Source of the DNA: Amoebidium appalachense
Taxonomy: Eukaryota; Protista; Ichthyosporea
Assembly: GCA_963693365.1 (NCBI GenBank)
Contig: CAVNZM010000017.1
Coordinates: 2,409,527-2,473,526 of the forward strand
Direction: 5' to 3'
DNA: 64,000 bases
In this document: positions 25,669 to 64,000 of the stretch, one piece after another
How positions within the stretch are numbered: the stretch's first letter is position 1
Layout: every line of letters starts with the position of its first letter
Notes under the pieces: generated by a model
What the model was told of the DNA's origin: nothing
What the model saw: only the letters and a program-made list of their open reading frames with translations
The model's database searches: none
Made by a program: the position numbers and the translations under genes

Positions 25669-25914
25669 CCATATATTGTAAATATAACCATATATGGCTG
25701 TTAATACCACCATATATGGTGCTGACGAATATGCCTACTGTTGTGTTCGTGGAATTTTTCCGCGGAGATATGGGGATATGGTATGCGCTCTGGTAGGCAT
25801 GGTGGTGATGGTTTTTATTACCGGTACAGTTTTATGCCTGTGCAGATAAGTGCATCATAGGTATGCGCTATTTTGGCAAATACGTGCTATGGGCACAATT
25901 TTTTATTTTTTTTT

Positions 25915-25967
<53 letters not shown>

Positions 25968-26636
25968 CGTTTTTTAAATTCCGACTTAGTTTGTTGGGTG
26001 TGGCTTTTCTTCGGTTTCTGCAGCACTATATAGATTGAAAATTGAAAATCCTGTTTTTCCTAAGGTTTATGTAAGGATATACTTCGGGTGTGTATGATAA
26101 TGACACGTTTATTTTTGTATTGCACGGCTTTGTAAGAGGGTACAAGAGCACACGTGTTTATGGTTTTTGGGAAGGTTTTACCGTAGTTAAATTTCTGAAA
26201 ACTCGAATGGTGTTTGGCAGCCAGGCATGGGGAGGAATATGCAGTCCCCATCCTTGCCAACACATATGGCTGCCGGTTGGTCATGTGGGGAAAAAAAAAA
26301 AAAGGAACTCTCACTACATGCTCTAGCATGATATGGTATGATATGTTTTCCCAATGGTACATGTGTGTGACAACCTCCTCCATCATTCCCCCCCCCCTGG
26401 CCCCGCCTTCCACCATCACTGAAGACTACGCTTATGCACACACACCACAACGGTATCGCAATCAAAATCTAAGGCTCTCCTCACAGTGTGTGATTTGAAG
26501 GGGTCGAAGTTTGAGTGCGGTTATACATGTACACATCATGACTTGACCGCCCCGACCCCCGAAGTTGTCCCCCTCCTCCCCTCTCCCCCCTCTCCTGGGT
26601 TGGAGTATTCCCCCCCCCCCCCTCTTCGCCCCGATT

Positions 26637-26713
26637 TACACATCATGCATGTGGGGCACATGTTGTGTTTCCGGATTGGCCGGAGGGAGCGGGTAATAAA
26701 GTGCAATGACCCC
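26637..26713. repeat. Dispersed ~77-bp repeat (family B), copy 2
   Basis: Near-identical to 14900-14976. Confidence 0.85.
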
Positions 26714-27307
26714 CTAAGAATAAACATATTAGTACAGTTGCCATGGACAAAACGAGATAGTCGCTGTGATAGCTTCGCTTTATATCAAACAAAATATGCC
26801 ATGACGAAAATTCTACTATATTTAAGGAATAAACAAAAAGAAGCTTCTAGGATCCCAAATCGTAGGCGCTGAGGTGGTATATGTGCAAGCAGGACGCTCA
26901 CAGGCACATTTCGACTTTATTTCGTTCACGATGCAGATCATGTCTCAACGCAAGTGGTTGGGCCGGCCAACCAGATTTTTTTTGATCAATGCACTCATCA
27001 TCAATACACATGCACGTGCAACGTGATTTCACATCTATCTGTGCTTGTGTGTGTGTGTGTGTGCGCGCGCGCGCGTGCGTGTGCGCGTGTATGAGTGTGT
27101 GAGTGTGTGCGCAGGCGCGCACATGTGCTTGTGTGTCTTGTAGGCAAAAGCTTGTGTGTACGGTTTGTATCTGTTACGTTTACCCATACATCTACGGTTA
27201 TTTACCATCTGTGGCCTTGTAACGAAATGTCAAATAGCGTAAACGTTTTATAAGCTTCTCCGTATGCATTTCCACCCCTAATCGAAAAACCGATGAGATC
27301 TAAAATT

Positions 27308-51284
<23,977 letters not shown>

Positions 51285-51522
51285 GTTGATGCCACAAACG
51301 CTAGCCTGAAAGGCTGCGCTCAGAAAGACGTCCTCCTAGCCCAGAAACCCCAAAGTTCGTTCCAGCACTCGTGTGCTTTCACTCCCGGCTACAGCCCACC
51401 CTTTATAGAGAAAAGAACGCCCAGTATAAGCGTTTAGCTATTCCTTGACTCCCACAACTGCAAACATAAGCCATCCACATCCGCTTCAACTCATGCATGA
51501 CCCTGTGTGACGGCTTGTTCTG

Positions 51523-51597
51523 AAAAATGGCGCGAACTCTCACCTCTTGCGTAATCACGCTGTGTGACGTCATAAACTCACTAATCGGGGCGGAAGT
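51523..51597. promoter_or_regulatory. Candidate promoter motif cluster upstream of NUP98, in the divergent NUP98/ankyrin-gene interval
   Basis: AAAATGGCG/TGGCGCGAA (51524-51536), TGACGTCA (51565-51572), GGGGCGG and CGGAAGT (51587-51597), 240-310 bp upstream of the ATG. Confidence 0.45.
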
Positions 51598-52288
51598 TGG
51601 AAGGGCAGAAAGGTGTTGCTCTCATTGACCAAAGTTGGCTAAAAAAAAAAACGCGGAAACATAGGAAACATAACTATAACATATGTGATACAAGAATACC
51701 ACTCACGCGTGCAGCGCTTTGGACACAACAATGTACATGTAGGCGTCGCTGCCTGCACATTTACATGACTTGAAAAAAGACCATAGATGATGACTTGAAA
51801 AAAGACCATAGATGATGCCAGGCATGAGTGTGCAAGCTGCCCTTGCTGTCCAAGTGGTACTTGTATACACACTATACGCGGGCCATGTACCCTCTACATG
51901 GCATGAAAGTTTGATGCCAGGCAATGTGGAAGTGTTTATTTCTAATAGTATACGTCTACTATAAGCTGGCCAGGTGCCGTCAAAATGTGCTCCTTGTGCA
52001 ACTTGACAACATGCGGAATAGATGAGCACACTCGAAGGCCAAACTATGTTTCATTAACTATCCAGGGATATAAAGTGTCTTCTGTGACAGGACAGCACAG
52101 AACAGGGACATTTCCCGTGTGGGCCGGGCAAAAAGTAATGCTATAGACGAACGGTGCATTGACAATGCTACGGGCTTTGGGTTACCCCTGTACACCTATG
52201 TAAGCACAACACCCTGCACCAAAATAATTGACTGGTCGGATACATAACACTGGACGAGGAGGACAGACTATGGGCCCGAGAGGGGGAG

Positions 52289-52335
<47 letters not shown>

Positions 52336-52441
52336 CGTGTGCTTAGTAATGCACGAAAAAACGTGCGCACAGACACGCACACTCGCACTGACTCCTGCGC
52401 GCGCACACACACCGTGACACGCGCGATCTAGACACACACAT

Positions 52442-52508
<67 letters not shown>

Positions 52509-52569
52509 CTGTCACACACACACACAAACACGCACACACGCACGCACGCACGCACGCGCACACACAAGC

Positions 52570-52619
<50 letters not shown>

Positions 52620-53109
52620 ATTTACAGAAACCCTGTTATCCCGGCTTCATTGAGCTTTATGATGTACCATGTCAGTGATGCACCGGGCCCAAAAACACGG
52701 CGGCATTGCCGGGTTGTTTGGGTGGTCTCGGGATGCCGGCGGGCTGCAGCTGAGTTGTTGCCATAAATGTTTTTGCACTCCTCCACTCTTACCCAATCAA
52801 CAAATCAATAAATGAGCGAATCAAAAAATTGGGGTGCGCTCTGGGCCAATCGTATACGCGGTTCATTTTTGACCAAGCAACTATTTCGAACTCCGAAGTT
52901 CGCGTGCCTCGCCCGCGACAACAGCAGTTTCAAACTCATTGTAGTGTCAAACACGAATTGATGTTGTTATTAGGTGAATACTTCAATCTTGTTAAAGATA
53001 GTGCGTTTGATAAGAGTGCGATAGCTATTAGAAGGCCTTTTTTAACCCTTGGTGTTTCCGTGAGACCTTCTGTGGACGAGTGGAGGGGTCTTGATCCACA
53101 TAATCGAAA

Positions 53110-63431
<10,322 letters not shown>

Positions 63432-64000
63432 GTAAGTTTTTGCCTTGTCTTGTAAAGTAACATGTAGAGTGGCAGGATTATATTTAGAAGGGTGGTAATA
63501 GAGAGAGTGTGTGTGTGTGCGTGCGTGTGTGCGTGCAATGCGTGCGTGCGTGCGTGCGTGTGACGGTGTGTAAGACGGTGTGTAAAGTGGTGGTGATGGT
63601 GGTCGCAACATGATATGATTGACGTGGCAGAGTCTGTGGTTGAAAGGGGGTAAGGGGGATGAAGTCACTGTTGGCATAGGACGCCCGATGATAGTTGAGC
63701 GACACTTTCTTTTTAGAGGAAGAGGGCCGTAAAGGGGACGGGACTTTTGGGGCGAAACGGGTGGTGGTGGGGGGGGGGGGGGGGGGGCAGGGGGCAAGGA
63801 AAAAAGAGACCCACTTAGAGAAGCACCCTTCATGCATCAGTTATTTGCAGGCCCTGAACCAAAGCCCGGGGGGGGGGGGGGGGGGGGGGGGGATGGGGGG
63901 AGGGGGAGGGATTGGGCCAGGTTTAGTTTTGGAAGATATCTGGTGTGTGTGAGTTGTACTGACTTATGTGGTGGTTTTTAGGCGGTGTTCAAGGGGATCA

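Overview
Eukaryotic, intron-rich genomic DNA whose introns are saturated with G/C homopolymers and (CA)n, (GA)n and (GGGT)n microsatellites, so most of the supplied ORF track is low-complexity noise. Manual exon chaining with GT-AG sites and consistent phases gives five genes: (1) a minus-strand gene of unknown function at the left edge; (2) site-2 protease MBTPS2/S2P (minus, 12 coding exons, ~611 aa); (3) mitochondrial Fe-S scaffold ISCU (plus, 3 exons, 166 aa); (4) the NUP98-NUP96 precursor (minus, ~28 exons, ~1750 aa); (5) an ankyrin + discoidin-like + SAM protein (plus) running off the right edge. The most unusual element is a dispersed retroposon-like family (7 copies) that always ends in a poly(C) tail, sits in G-runs, has a clear target-site duplication in one copy, and carries hammerhead-like core motifs in a non-canonical order. 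Other points of note are a Leu at the frataxin-bypass position of ISCU, tandemly duplicated in-frame 36-nt mini-exons inside the SAM domain, and several small inverted-repeat elements. All calls were made by eye with no database searches, and homopolymer lengths may be inflated by sequencing.
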